DNA of 63,693 bases, the filler included, from Octopus bimaculoides (taxonomy: Eukaryota), in assembly GCF_001194135.2 (NCBI RefSeq). It is 9 parts of 9 records of this genome, joined end to end, with 100 filler letters (N's around TTAATTAATTAA, not from the genome) between each part and the next. Parts side by side here need not be neighbours in the genome. Positions count along the whole stretch, not along the records: positions 11,882 to 16,573 come from NC_068983.1; positions 16,674 to 24,192 come from NC_069002.1; positions 24,293 to 36,109 come from NC_068989.1; 6 more parts are not named here. The stretch is one strand, 5' to 3'. The translations under genes and the position numbers were made by a program. This document shows, in pieces, positions 12,750 through 27,147 of the stretch (position 1 is its first letter; every line of letters starts with the position of its first letter). The notes under the pieces were generated by a model. It searched no databases. It was not told the origin of the DNA and saw only the letters and a program-made list of their open reading frames with translations.

Positions 12750-14274
12750 CTGAAAGAGAGAAAAAGAAAAAAAAGCAAACAAACAAAATATCATATCCCA
12801 AATAAGATCTATCTTAATTTACTTGAAGAAATGGTTGTTTAAACATAAGCAAAAGAGAATTTCCAATAAAATCTTTTCATGAAACCATTTAACTTTGATG
12901 AGACACATTTTCACTAAATCACGATACATCTCTGGTCAACATAATCAACATGCATAATTGTTATTAGAATAACAACAACTATAATAATAATAATAACTCT
13001 GAAGTTGTCATGACAAGGAGACACTGCCCGAAATCTGATGTAGACATGATGTATTTACAAACAAAGAACTATTCTAAAATCTTCACAGTAAGATATAAAA
13101 AGACCTTTATAATGGTCACTTATACTAATTAATTTTTAAAAATGAGTTCCTACCCATTTGCCAAGAAAAATATAAGCATAAAATAGAGGTGTGCAGTCTG
13201 ATGGAGATTTGGCTGTTATTTCTAGCCCTGAGCTATCACATTGTAGGCTAACATCCCCTGCTCTGTTGTCTGTTGGTTATTATTGTTCCATAGACACCCA
13301 CATATGCACAAATGAAAAGAAAAGTTTAAAGACCTCTGACATGTTAGTGTCAGGTGGGTGAGGGAAAATGCTGAGAGGAAAAAAGAGGATATTAAAAGAA
13401 TTCAGTCTTGAAAAATATTCTGTTTTTCAGTCATAATCTTCATATTTTTTAAATGTGGAATCCTCACAAAATTCTTGCAAAATGTTAAAACCAAAAAATT
13501 AAATTTTGGTGAGGGGTGTGCAACAAACAAAATTTTTTTTGAGCAAAATAATAAGCTCCATCATTAAAAACGCTGGAATCTGAAGGCACATTTGCACACC
13601 AGCCCATCATGGAAAGAAAAAAAGGAAAAGAAAGAAATGTAGTGCATATTCAACACATCTGCCTTCCAGTCCTTGGCAAGTCTAATTATATTCATAGACA
13701 AGAGAGAGTCAGGAACTATGTCCACATGGCAATATGCTGATACTTCAATGGGGGAAAATGGATAAGAAATGGTAAAAACGTGTAGAAAACCTGGAACATG
13801 AAGAGAACCAGGCCACACTCATGTTGGATATGCTTCTTCAGACTGATGAGGAGGTCAAGGCCAATTGCTTAGACATAATCATCAATGACTGAATGAAAAT
13901 AACTTTGTCAGACATCGTGTTCCCTTCTGATTAAAACATTACCTGGAAGGTGGGAGAAACTGTCACAATACAAGGATCTTAACCTGTTACGCATCATTCC
14001 TGCTATAGCAGGAATAGGGTAAATGTCTTTTCTGCCAGATTCCTGGTAAATCGGTAACGAATAACATGTAGGAAAAGAAGATGCTGTTGATTCTGTCCAT
14101 CAGTTTGCCAGCAATCGTTACTCTTGAGCTGTATGTGCAACTATTTAATTTTTTGCTCAAGAGTTCAGATGGAGGGGTAAAGTTAACACGTACCTCCTTG
14201 CGACAATGTAAAGGTTCCGCTTGCTATGAAACATATGTAGCCCAGATCTTCCCTACACCATTCCTTAACTCTTG

Positions 14275-14337
<63 letters not shown>

Positions 14338-15123
14338 AGATAGATATAGAAATATGCACACACACAAATAACACCAACCACACAACACGTGTAGAGCATG
14401 AAGACCACCCAATGAAATGACATGACTCACACTGTACACACTTTACACAACAGACAGAAAAACACAAAATAACATCAGAAACATCATCTATCATAACACA
14501 GCAACACTGATGCAGTCTACATACAAAGAACAATTAAATAGTCTCAAAAGGAAAAAAAACAAAAACAATACACATCAGAAATACGGTTGTACACTGACTG
14601 ATGTAAAAGGAAAATTACATAAAATTTCAAANNNNNNNNNNNNNNNNNNNNNNNNNNNNNNNNNNNNNNNNNNNNNNNNNNNNNNNNNNNNNNNNNNNNN
14701 NNNNNNNNNNNNNNNNNNNNCTCAGTATTCAACTGGTATTATTTTATAGGCCCCGAAAAGATGCAAGGCAACATCGACCTGGGTGGAATTTGAACTCAGA
14801 ATGTAGGAAGATGGAAGAAACACCAGTAAGCATTTTGTTGGATGCAGTAATTAATCTGTCAGCTCGATACCATCTTGGTTTCAAACTTTAGCACATGACC
14901 AGGAATTTTGGAAGAGAGGATTAGTCAATTAAACTGATCCCAAAGCTTAGCTGGTATTTATTTTATTGATCCTGAAAGGATGAAAGACAAAGCTGACCCC
15001 TACACAATTTTAACTCGGAAGAGTCAGAAGAAATAATGCTAAGCATTTTGTCTGACTAACAATGATGGAAAATAATGATAATGGTTTCTGGAAAGGGAAA
15101 AACACAAGGTTACCACAATTTCA

Positions 15124-15522
15124 TATCATCATCATCATCATCATCGTTTAACGTTCGCTTTCCATGCTAGCATGAGTTGGACGATTTGACTGAAGACTGG
15201 TGAAACCGGATGGCAACACCAGGCTCCAATCTAATTTGGCAGAGTTTCTACAGCTGGATGCCCTTCCTAACGCCAACCACTCAGAGAGTGTAGTGGGTGC
15301 TTTTACGTGTCACCCGCACGAAGGCCAGTCAGGCGGTACTGGCAACGGCTACGCTCGAAATGGTGTCTTATGTGCCACCCGCACAAAAGCCAGTCCAGGG
15401 GCACTGGCAACGATCTCGCTCGAAAACCCTACGAAGGCCAGTCAGGCGGCACTGGCAACGGTCACGCTCAAAATGGTGCATCTTATGTGCCACCCGCACA
15501 AGAGCCAGTCCAGGGGCCCTGG
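15124..15522 (-). mobile_element. RTE-clade LINE 3' UTR, 5'-truncated young copy
   Basis: Near-identical to 44620-44910, which follows an RTE RT C-terminal ORF. Ends in ...gcatggaaagcgaacgttaaac(gat)n. Confidence 0.85.
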
Positions 15523-16055
15523 TAATAAAAAAAAAAAAAAAAGCTGGGAATAGTTGATTAAATTAAACCATAAGTATAAAAGATATTTTAATACAAGACT
15601 ATGAAGGATAAGTGACAAGGTCAACCTCAGCAAATATTCAAATTGTAATGATAACACAACAATAACATTGGGAAAAGAGATGTTCAGTCCAAAAATGACA
15701 GAAACAGAAGAACAGGTTCATAGATAGGGCATGGCCTCAAGATAGAATCTCTTAAAAATAAACACAAGTTTCTCAGAATAGTTTCTGTTTTGTCTTGGAT
15801 GACAGCCATTCAATAGTTCACTGATTCCTAATTGTTTTAGGCATTGGTGATAATGGTGGTGGTGGTGCTGGGGATGAAATGCGGTGAAGAGAATGAAAGT
15901 GTGGAGTTGGTGTTACAATTCCAGAAGAAAATCTTAATAACCTGTGTATATATTTATATACAACCATATACACACACATACACTAACACATAGACTGATA
16001 CATACACACACTTAAAAACATGTATATACATTTGTGTGTACAAACACATACACAC

Positions 16056-16097
<42 letters not shown>

Positions 16098-16493
16098 TCC
16101 TCTGTCTCTCTCTCTCTCACTATATGTAGACATATGCACACACATAAGCACACATATGAACATATATAAATGCACACATTCACATATGCATGTAAGCATT
16201 ACTCACTATGCAATGTTTTTACATCAGCTACAAAGGAGAAACTAAAGAGAAGTTTACAAATGTTATTGTGAAGGACATGGTATATCCCAAAACCCAGTTT
16301 TCAGGGGCACCAAAAAAAGAAAACATAGTTATTTACAACTTGTATGTATCCATTTCTAAGTCTACATGTATATGTATATATGAATAATCGTATATTGGTG
16401 TATATGCATATGTATTTGTATGCATGGGTACATGTTGTCTGTATTTAATCTGATGCTATATTCTTGTCGATATGCATATGTATGTGTTTGTGC

Positions 16494-16573
<80 letters not shown>

Positions 16574-16617
16574 NNNNNNNNNNNNNNNNNNNNNNNNNNN
16601 NNNNNNNNNNNNNNNNN

Positions 16618-16629
16618 TTAATTAATTAA
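16618..16629. other. Assembly linker TTAATTAATTAA
   Basis: N-flanked six-frame stop linker. Confidence 0.9.
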
Positions 16630-16997
16630 NNNNNNNNNNNNNNNNNNNNNNNNNNNNNNNNNNNNNNNNNNNNTATTATTATTATTATTATTATTGGCGT
16701 TTGAAGTGTAAGCACGTGTTTTTGTTTCGTTTCAAAGCTCGATCGTATTTCAGACATTATCTAAATGAAAATTTCTTTGAAGTACTTGCCAAAAAAAAAA
16801 AATTATAATTACCTGAATATTACCTGCCATGATACTTGGGTGGACCAAAAAGAAAAAAAAAAAAAAGACGGTTTGTTTTTACAAACTATATTTTCTCACA
16901 CGCGCTTTGGCCACATTTCACATTAAAATCTACGAAACGTAACCATAGCAATCGGGACGAGAGCGACAGCGCAAAAACATTTTACACCACAGAATGA

Positions 16998-17235
16998 GGA
17001 TGAAGGGTGGTGAGCTGGGAGAAATGTTAGCACGCCGGGCGAAATGCTTAGCGGGATTTCATCTGTCTTTACGTTCTGAGTTCAAATTCCGCCGAGGTCG
17101 ACTTTGCCTTTTATCCTTCGGAGACGATAAATTAAGTACCAGTTACGCACTGGGGGTCGATGTAATCGACTCAATCCCATGTCTGTCCCTGCTATGTGGA
17201 CAATATTGCCCCTTGTGGACAATAAAGAAATAAGA
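16998..17235 (+). mobile_element. SINE family B, near full length
   Basis: Head gagctgggagaaatgttagcacgccgggcg, B-box gagttcaaattcc, family core and tail. Confidence 0.85.
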
Positions 17236-17535
17236 ATGAGGAAGAAGAAAATGAATGCTTAAATCAACAATGGAATAAAAGACATTTCGAACTGTATAAC
17301 AAATAATTTTGAATATAGTAGTAACTAGAGCGTTGCTTGCGAAGAGACAAACATTTAAAATTATTCTTATAATAGTTTTTATTTAAAGTTGCCTCAATCA
17401 TGACATCAGCAGAATTTTTAGGAATTTCCCAGAGAAAAATAAATTAACTGGGAGAAGTCTGTAAAACTAAGACATAGCATCTTTGCTGCAAGATCTAATT
17501 TAATAAGAAAGGGAATTGGAGAGAAAGACGGTGCG

Positions 17536-17567
<32 letters not shown>

Positions 17568-18870
17568 GGGTGGGTAGAGAGGGAGGGTGGGGAGAAGGAA
17601 GGGAAGAGAAAGGGGAGGGAGAGAGAGGGGGGATAGGGGGAACACCATATCTATGATTTTAAAAGGATGGCAGTAGTGCCAAATTCCAACAAAGCAACCA
17701 GTAGAACAAATAGAACATTTGAGAACATCACCCCCATTTTCCAGTATATCACCAATTACAGCTCTAGGAATAGAGGTAGGGATCACCTCGTGCTCGGCCC
17801 TTGAAATGGTGCGTAAGCACCTCGTCTCCTTACAGTAACAACGAGTGACATCCATCGTTGTGCGACGAGGAAATAATGATCTGTGAGGGAACTAGCGGAA
17901 GAAATACACAAGCGAAAAATGACAAAGATGTTAGATGTAAGAAAACTCAACAAAAACAGAAAGCAATGAACAGAGACAATCTCTTCAAAACCACAATGAC
18001 AATATAATAAAAACAATGAAGAAAACGACGTGAGTTAAAATACACCGTTATCTAAAATCAAGCCAACAGCTTTTCAATATAATCATTTTAATTGATTAAG
18101 TCAAATATTTAATTTTAAAAAAGAAGGTGAGATTCTCTGCTGCTGCTGCTGCCACGAAAACAATTTTTAAAAATAAATTATAACTCTCTAATTGTCTCTA
18201 ATTGATTCACTGCTCGTAAGTTGTAATATTAGTCGGAAGTTATATAGCATACAGAATATTTACAATATGCCTGTCTGGGATGCTTTATAAACTATCTTGC
18301 AAGCACAGCTTTACTGTTCCTGTATAATATTACATTTACCATCCTGATTCCAATTGCACTTTATCGCATACAGATTTGCTTATTATTATATGTTATATTT
18401 AAAGTATATAAAATCATCGGTCGTATCATGCGTTTATTTATTTATTGACTGATCCATTGTCCTACCGGCAAGATAATATGATTTTGAAACGTAAATTTAC
18501 ACTTCGTCAGGCAGAACACTATATTTTTAATAAACTTTAACTGTACGACAGCTATATTCTTTCTTATTGTTATTTCTTATGTTACAATTGAGCAACAATT
18601 TCTGCTACCGCAATAAGTTTGTTTCTGTTGATTCAAATATGTTTTTCGTTGGTTACGTTTATGAGTTGAATAACACCTTGATACCAGAGGATTTTGATTT
18701 ATAACAAACACCATCTGGGGATTGCATTATCTTGTCATGAAACATAAAGTAATAGATCAGTAACCAAGTTTAAATAAATATTATGTATATAACACATATT
18801 TGCTCAACAATAAGTACTGAGTACTCTTTACATGGTTACATGGTTGGTTCATCATAACATTTCTTTGTTC

Positions 18871-18927
<57 letters not shown>

Positions 18928-19300
18928 AGGTCTGGGTATGTATGTATGTGCCCAGGCATGCCTGTGTGTATATATCCATATTTATATACCATAAATATTA
19001 GTGAGTGTAAATATATATATATATATGCTTATATACATTTACATATACAAGTATTTGTGTGTGTGCATGTGTGTGTATGCGTGTATATATGTGTGTGTGT
19101 TTATACAGACATAAAAATCTTATTGCATTATTATGAAAGCCAATCTCTAATTGATTCAAGTTTTCAACATCAAAAGTGAACTTTCTTTATTGGTTCTTCT
19201 GGAGAAAATGGAACGGAATAACCAATACTCTAAGCTTTTAGTGAAACAATAGCACTTCCAGCGTACATAGTCACCGGAACATACATACATACGTACATAC

Positions 19301-19343
<43 letters not shown>

Positions 19344-19547
19344 CACATATGCATGTATATATGCGCATAAAAACACACACACAGATACATGCATGCATAT
19401 ATATATATATATGCGCATAAATACACACATATACATACATGCATACATATGTACATACATACTCTTAGATTTAAACTGTTTCGCACACAAACAAGAGTAC
19501 ATAGTTATGTGTGTGCATTTATATATTCATGTGCACCCCCCACACAC

Positions 19548-19593
<46 letters not shown>

Positions 19594-19760
19594 TCACACA
19601 CACATACACACACATATATATATACATATGTAAATATGCACACACATGCATATATATATATCTGTACATACATATGTGCAGTGAAGTCTGTGTGTGTACA
19701 TGTTAGTATACGCAAAGATACACGTATTTATAAATATATTTATTTATGTACACACATGCA

Positions 19761-19808
<48 letters not shown>

Positions 19809-19936
19809 AGACTATATCCGTATACATAAATTTATGCATGCATGTGTGTGTGTACGCGTGTGTGTGTGTGTGTGTGTGTGTGTGCGCAAATCTGTACGTT
19901 TTGCTTATCTGTTTATTGATATATTCAAACCCACAC

Positions 19937-19982
<46 letters not shown>

Positions 19983-20492
19983 ACATACACACACACACAG
20001 AAACGCATACACACATATACATGTGTCTGTGTTAATGCATGTGTATATATGTTTATCTGATGATGTTTGTGTTTGCATGCGTGTAAAAGTTTACGGATAC
20101 AATAATCCCACCTCGTTCTTTCTCTCCCCCTCTACCCATCTCTCCTACTCCCTTTCTTTTTCTTCCTTTGTCTCCCACTTTCTCTCTCTTTGTGTAGTTG
20201 TGTGCGTATGTGTTTTTTGCGTTTCTGTGTGAGTTATATGAGCGTATATGTGTCTAGTTGTATACACACACATATATACATACATATATATATATGGATG
20301 TATATATAAGTATATATATATGTATATATATGTATATACTTATATATATGTATAGACATATATATGTAGACATATATATATACACACACGCGTACATACA
20401 TACGTACATGCATATTTACACACATGCACACAGAAAGCAAGAAGGAATTATTGTGTTACAGTTCTTTGTGTATTTATGTGTGCATGTGCGAA

Positions 20493-20562
<70 letters not shown>

Positions 20563-21727
20563 CGAGAGAAAGAGAAAGAGAGAGAGAGAGATAATGTATG
20601 TGTCTATGCGTGCATATAGTTATGTGCTTTTGTATATATATATATTAAGTTATATAAAACTTAAAGTTCCGAGGAAAATCACTGATACAATAAGTATGGA
20701 ACTTAAAATATAAATGCTGTGGTTGATTTGTTCGATAAGACTCTTCAAATCGGTACTACAGCTTGGCCGCAGTCCAATGATCGAGTTAAGTAAAAGATGA
20801 AACCTAAAACACTGCATCGCACTTATATATTCATATATATATATATATATATCATGCACCAAACACAGATACTCAAAGTAAAATTAAATATATCTCTCCG
20901 TGGAATGATGGCGTACATAGGTCACATACTTATATATACATAAATTCATACACACATACATACATACGCACTTGCATACGTACAAACGTACATACACATA
21001 CATACATGCATGCATGCATACATACATACATACATACATACATACATACATACATACATACAAACATCAAACATGTATATGTTACCATGGAACTTATACA
21101 GTCTCACACTTTTATCACAGATATATAAACTTCAAATAAGTATGTTTGTATGCATATATATATATATATATAAANNNNNNNNNNNNNNNNNNNNNNNNNN
21201 NNNNNNNNNNNNNNNNNNNNNNNNNNNNNNNNNNNNNNNNNNNNNNNNNNNNNNNNNNNNNNNNNNNNNNNNNNNNNNNNNNNNNNNNNNNNNNNNNNNN
21301 NNNNNNNNNNNNNNNNNNNNTATATATATGTATATATATATGTATATATATATACATATATATACATATATATATACATATATATATATAAGTATGCATA
21401 TGGGTGAAGATTGTACGCGTACATCACATATATATGCACACATATATCACACACCACACCCACATATATAGGCATACACACATTCATACATGTATACATA
21501 CATATACACGCATGATCGTAGGATGTATGCATATATACATCACAAAGCCATGCGTACACCAAACATCACATCGATGTACAAGCATGAAACAAGTGCATAT
21601 ACACATAACATACACATAAATACCCCCCCCCCCCACACACACATAAGTGTTTATAGAATATACGCATACATACATTACACACGTTGTCTTAACACAAGCA
21701 TCGCATAACATTGCAGATATACGAATA

Positions 21728-21762
<35 letters not shown>

Positions 21763-22565
21763 CCTTTTATTAATATATGTATATGTATATACCCAAATAA
21801 GCACATTAATATTCGTAGAAAGTATATACACATGACATATAGACGTATAATCCGCACACACTGAGTGCTATACACGAACATCAAATAAGTNNNNNNNNNN
21901 NNNNNNNNNNNNNNNNNNNNNNNNNNNNNNNNNNNNNNNNNNNNNNNNNNNNNNNNNNNNNNNNNNNNNNNNNNNNNNNNNNNNNNNNNNNNNNNNNNNN
22001 NNNNNNNNNNNNNNNNNNNNNNNNNNNNNNNNNNNNNNNNNNNNNNNNNNNNNNNNNNNNNNNNNNNNNNNNNNNNNNNNNNNNNNNNNNNNNNNNNNNN
22101 NNNNNNNNNNNNNNNNNNNNNNNNNNNNNNNNNNNNNNNNNNNNNNNNNNNNNNNNNNNNNNNNNNNNNNNNNNNNNNNNNNNNNNNNNNNNNNNNNNNN
22201 NNNNNNNNNNNNNNNNNNNNNNNNNNNNNNNNNNNNNNNNNNNNNNNNNNNNNNNNNNNNNNNNNNNNNNNNNNNNNNNNNNNNNNNNNNNNNNNNNNNN
22301 NNNNNNNNNNNNNNNNNNNNNNNNNNNNNNNNNNNNNNNNNNNNNNNNNNNNNNNNNNNNNNNNNNNNNNNNNNNNNNNNNNNNNNNNNNNNNNNNNNNN
22401 NNNNNNNNNNNNNNNNNNNNNNNNNNNNNNNNNNNNNNNTATGCATATATGTACACATATAAATGTACCCACAAACATACATACATACATACATACATAC
22501 ATACATACATACATAGATATATCAGCCTATAGAATGTACGCATAAATATCACACACACACACACA

Positions 22566-22600
<35 letters not shown>

Positions 22601-22894
22601 TTTCACATGTGCACATACATCATACTATATACGGATACAAAGCAAGCAAACATCAAATGCGTACGTCTATCTGTGAAATGTTTGCGAAAATATTTTCGTT
22701 TGTTTGTTTTTGTTTTTGTTTCTTTGAACAAGTCAAAAGAATGGAAGTTATTTGAAGATTTTTAGAAAGAACCATGAAGACAAAGTTGATTCTTTGATAA
22801 GTTTTCTGCATTTTCTCTGCAGTATTTCATCAACTAAATTGTAGATAAATGCTGACTGCATACAAGGAGGCGTCTCACGGTTCGACAAGTTTTC

Positions 22895-22948
<54 letters not shown>

Positions 22949-22959
22949 GATAACGATGA

Positions 22960-22990
<31 letters not shown>

Positions 22991-23159
22991 TTCTTTATTA
23001 ACCACTTAGTGCTTACAAAAACAGATATGATGTGATATGATGTGGGGTTCAATGAAGACATATAAACAGCAAAATAACCTAAAACAAAGAAACGAAAAAA
23101 TTCAAGGAATATTTCCCAAAATGTTAGATTTCTTAGGGTTGCTTGTGGAAACCTCATGA

Positions 23160-23820
23160 AACCACGATCACGCTAACTGCAAAAGAAAGTGCCCTCTCGA
23201 CCACCATCATTCCTCAATCTACAGACCCATTCGCTTGGACCATTCTTGCCACTCTCATCCACCTTTCAACAAATTAACTAGAAGGCAGTACTTTCCTCTG
23301 CATTGTCCCTTTCGTTTTCAAGTGAATTTTCGGCCAAGCCTTCATCACGTTTTTTGAGTTAATGAAGTCTTGAAGATCTGGATAAAAGTGTCCAGCCCCT
23401 TTCAATCTGGTCTAGATAAACACTACGCTAAAAGAAGATGTAGAGACCATTTCACAGGGAACTCAGCCGATGGCCCGATCCGTCCTCCAAGCGACAGTAG
23501 CTGTTCGACATAAGCTTACAAGTCAGCAATGTTCGGCACTGGACGTGCAGAACAGTTTCGTCACTCTGCGCGCATCTCGGGTAGGCTCGGCTGATGGCGC
23601 TTCCATACCTGCGTAGGTTATCTCGAACCGTCAATGTTACTCCGTAATTACTTCCAAGCCAGAGACTTTCGGAAATTATCCATGGGTCCCAAACCGGCCC
23701 AAATACCTCCGGAACATACAAACCTATTGATTCCCGACCACACTCAGAATCCCTCCGAGAATATCGTTGCTCTTTGCAACCCACCATAGAACACGATGGT
23801 AGAACTTCCTCCAACTTCAT
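23160..23820 (-). mobile_element. Tx1/L1-like non-LTR retrotransposon ORF2 C-terminal remnant (zf-RVT region)
   Basis: Frameshifted peptides MDNFRKSLAWK / LTVRDNLRRYGSAISRAYPRCAQSDETVLH (CxxC...H-type motif) / FVERWMRVARMV, with stops. Confidence 0.7.
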
Positions 23821-23849
23821 AGCCGGACAGGAAGAAAAATTGCGAAGTA

Positions 23850-24030
23850 ATTTGACACAAATTTTAGGTGAGGGGTATAGTCAATTACAGCTAGTCCGCT
23901 GGTCAATTTTATCGACCTCGGAGGGATGAAAGGCAAAGTTGACCTGGACGGGATTTGAACTCAGGGCATAAAAGAACGGAAAAAATACCGCAAAGCATTT
24001 TGTCCGAGACTATAACAATTCGTCCAGCTC
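23850..24030 (-). mobile_element. SINE family B
   Basis: Inverse family core ttttatcgacctcggagggatgaaaggcaaagttgacc...atttgaactcag. Confidence 0.75.
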
Positions 24031-24236
24031 AGTTTATCATTACTATCATCATCATTATCATCTCATCCACCATTACCACACCCACAACCACCACCATCTC
24101 GGCTACCACCACCACCACCACCACCACGACGACGACTAGCAATACAACTACCGTCACAGCCACCACTATAACGACCACCGTTTCTATGATCCNNNNNNNN
24201 NNNNNNNNNNNNNNNNNNNNNNNNNNNNNNNNNNNN

Positions 24237-24248
24237 TTAATTAATTAA
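24237..24248. other. Assembly linker TTAATTAATTAA
   Basis: N-flanked six-frame stop linker. Confidence 0.9.
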
Positions 24249-24480
24249 NNNNNNNNNNNNNNNNNNNNNNNNNNNNNNNNNNNNNNNNNNNNATATATAT
24301 ATATATATATATATACGCACATACATATATACACCTATATAAATTAGCTGTTTTAGAGTCATTTAGTGTGACTCTATGAAAATAAGATATTGGTTACTCT
24401 TTGGTTGTACACGTGTTTGAGAGTGTGTATGCATGTATATATACACATATATATATTCACACAAGCATACATGTACATAG

Positions 24481-24653
24481 GTGTAGGAGTGGCTGTGTGA
24501 TAAGAAGCTTGTTTCCCAACCATATGGTTCCGGGTTCAGTCCCACTGCGTGGCACCCTAGGCAAGTGTCTTTTGCTACAGCCTCAGACTGACCAAGGCCT
24601 TGTGAGTGGATTTGGCTGGCGGAAACTGAAAGAAGCTCGTCGTGGATATGTGT

Positions 24654-24695
<42 letters not shown>

Positions 24696-24897
24696 CCCCC
24701 ACAGATTGACAACAGGAGGTGGTGTGTTTACGTCCTCATAACCTAGCGGTGCGGCAAAATGCACCGATACAGTAAGTACAACGTTTCAAAAGATAGTAAG
24801 TCCCTGGGGTCGATTCATTCGACTAATAATTCTTCAAGGAGGTGCACCAGCATGGCCGTAGACTAATCACCGAAACAAGTAAAAGTATAAAAGATAT
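24481..24897 (+). mobile_element. SINE family A, full length with central (GT)n
   Basis: tRNA-like head (tggctgtgtg...; gggttcagtcc), CORE-like ggcaagtgtct segment, microsatellite, 3' domain and gtaaaa-type tail. Confidence 0.85.
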
Positions 24898-26075
24898 ACG
24901 AATGAAGGAGACATGGATCTAGGTTAGAAACCGATTCTTTCTCTATTGGCAAGAAATCTTGAAATAAACCTGAACAACGACATCCATCCATCCATCCATA
25001 CACGCACACACATCTTTTTGTTTTCGTTTGTTTTGTTTTTATTTGCTATAGTCATCAGACTGCGGCCAAGCGTGAGCAGCACCTTGAAGGATTTTTAATC
25101 GAACTATGCAACTGCAGTGTTTATTTCATTTTTGAAGCCAGCTACTTTTTCTATCGATATCTTGTTGCCGNNNNNNNNNNNNNNNNNNNNNNNNNNNNNN
25201 NNNNNNNNNNNNNNNNNNNNNNNNNNNNNNNNNNNNNNNNNNNNNNNNNNNNNNNNNNNNNNNNNNNNNNNNNNNNNNNNNNNNNNNNNNNNNNNNNNNN
25301 NNNNNNNNNNNNNNNNNNNNNNNNNNNNNNNNNNNNNNNNNNNNNNNNNNNNNNNNNNNNNNNNNNNNNNNNNNNNNNNNNNNNNNNNNNNNNNNNNNNN
25401 NNNNNNNNNNNNNNNNNNNNNNNNNNNNNNNNNNNNNNNNNNNNNNNNNNNNNNNNNNNNNNNNNNNNNNNNNNNNNNNNNNNNNNNNNNNNNNNNNNNN
25501 NNNNNNNNNNNNNNNNNNNNNNNNNNNNNNNNNNNNNNNNNNNNNNNNNNNNNNNNNNNNNNNNNNNNNNNNNNNNNNNNNNNNNNNNNNNNNNNNNNNN
25601 NNNNNNNNNNNNNNNNNNNNNNNNNNNNNNNNNNNNNNNNNNNNNNNNNNNNNNNNNNNNNNNNNNNNNNNNNNNNNNNNNNNNNNNNNNNNNNNNNNNN
25701 NNNNNNNNNNNNNNNNNNNNNNNNNNNNNNNNNNNNNNNNNNNNNNNNNNNNNNNNNNNNNNNNNNNNNNNNNNNNNNNNNNNNNNNNNNNNNNNNNNNN
25801 NNNNNNNNNNNNNNNNNNNNNNNNNNNNNNNNNNNNNNNNNNNNNNNNNNNNNNNNNNNNNNNNNNNNNNNNNNNNNNNNNNNNNNNNNNNNNNNNNNNN
25901 NNNNNNNNNNNNNNNNNNNNNNNNNNNNNNNNNNNNNNNNNNNNNNNNNNNNNNNNNNNNNNNNNNNNNNNNNNNNNNNNNNNNNNNNNNNNNNNNNNNN
26001 NNNNNNNNNNNNNNNNNNNNNNNNNNNNNNNNNNNNNNNNNNNNNNNNNNNNNNNNNNNNNNNNNNNNNNNNNNN

Positions 26076-26147
<72 letters not shown>

Positions 26148-26352
26148 TTATACTTTAATGCATATAAATGCACACACATACACACATTTACACACACAAA
26201 TATATGTAGGCAATATATGCATGTATATATTTCGTTGTATATGTACGCATAGACATTCACACATATACAGATACACACACACGCGCGCATGCGTCATACA
26301 CACACACACAATCATATATATACACAGGTACCTGTATGTACATGCATGTCTT

Positions 26353-26422
<70 letters not shown>

Positions 26423-26839
26423 TATCCACACACACATATGCATATACATATATACTCACACACACAAAACCATACATATACGCGTAACCATACATACATG
26501 AGAAACCAGATATGGCAAAATAACTTAGGTCGGTGCTCTACCGATTCTGCAATTTCATTTGTTTATTTAATGAGTTCGTATCTAACCTTTCTAAATCTCT
26601 TCTCAGTCAGATTGAAATTTCATAACGAACCCTCCTTCCACAATGTTCCAAATTCTGCTTTTTATTTTCAGCTGTTTTACGTCTCGATGAAGTTAACTCA
26701 TTTTAGAAACTGACTTAGTTTGAAGCTTGCTTAATTTAAAACTTAATTAATTCGAGGCTTATTTAATTTGAAGTGAATTAATTCGAGGTTTATTTATTAC
26801 ACAGGTGGGTATATCTATTTATTTATTCATTTATTCATT

Positions 26840-26904
<65 letters not shown>

Positions 26905-26905
26905 C

Positions 26906-26944
<39 letters not shown>

Positions 26945-27147
26945 TATTATTATTATTGCTGTTGTTGTTGTTATTACTCTAATGCATCTGATGCGCAAAA
27001 GTCTGAGTAAGAAAGTCACGACGACTGAATATACGGGTGAGCCACGACTGGCTGGAACGTGTATGACAATAGGTCACGTGATCTGAGTTGGCCCGCGACT
27101 AAACACAACAGCAACAACAACAACAACAATAATAATGATAATAATAA

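Noticed and set aside
16815-16840. U1 snRNA 5' end (attacctg...catgat)
   Set aside because: The match is only a few bases, and the rest of U1 is absent.
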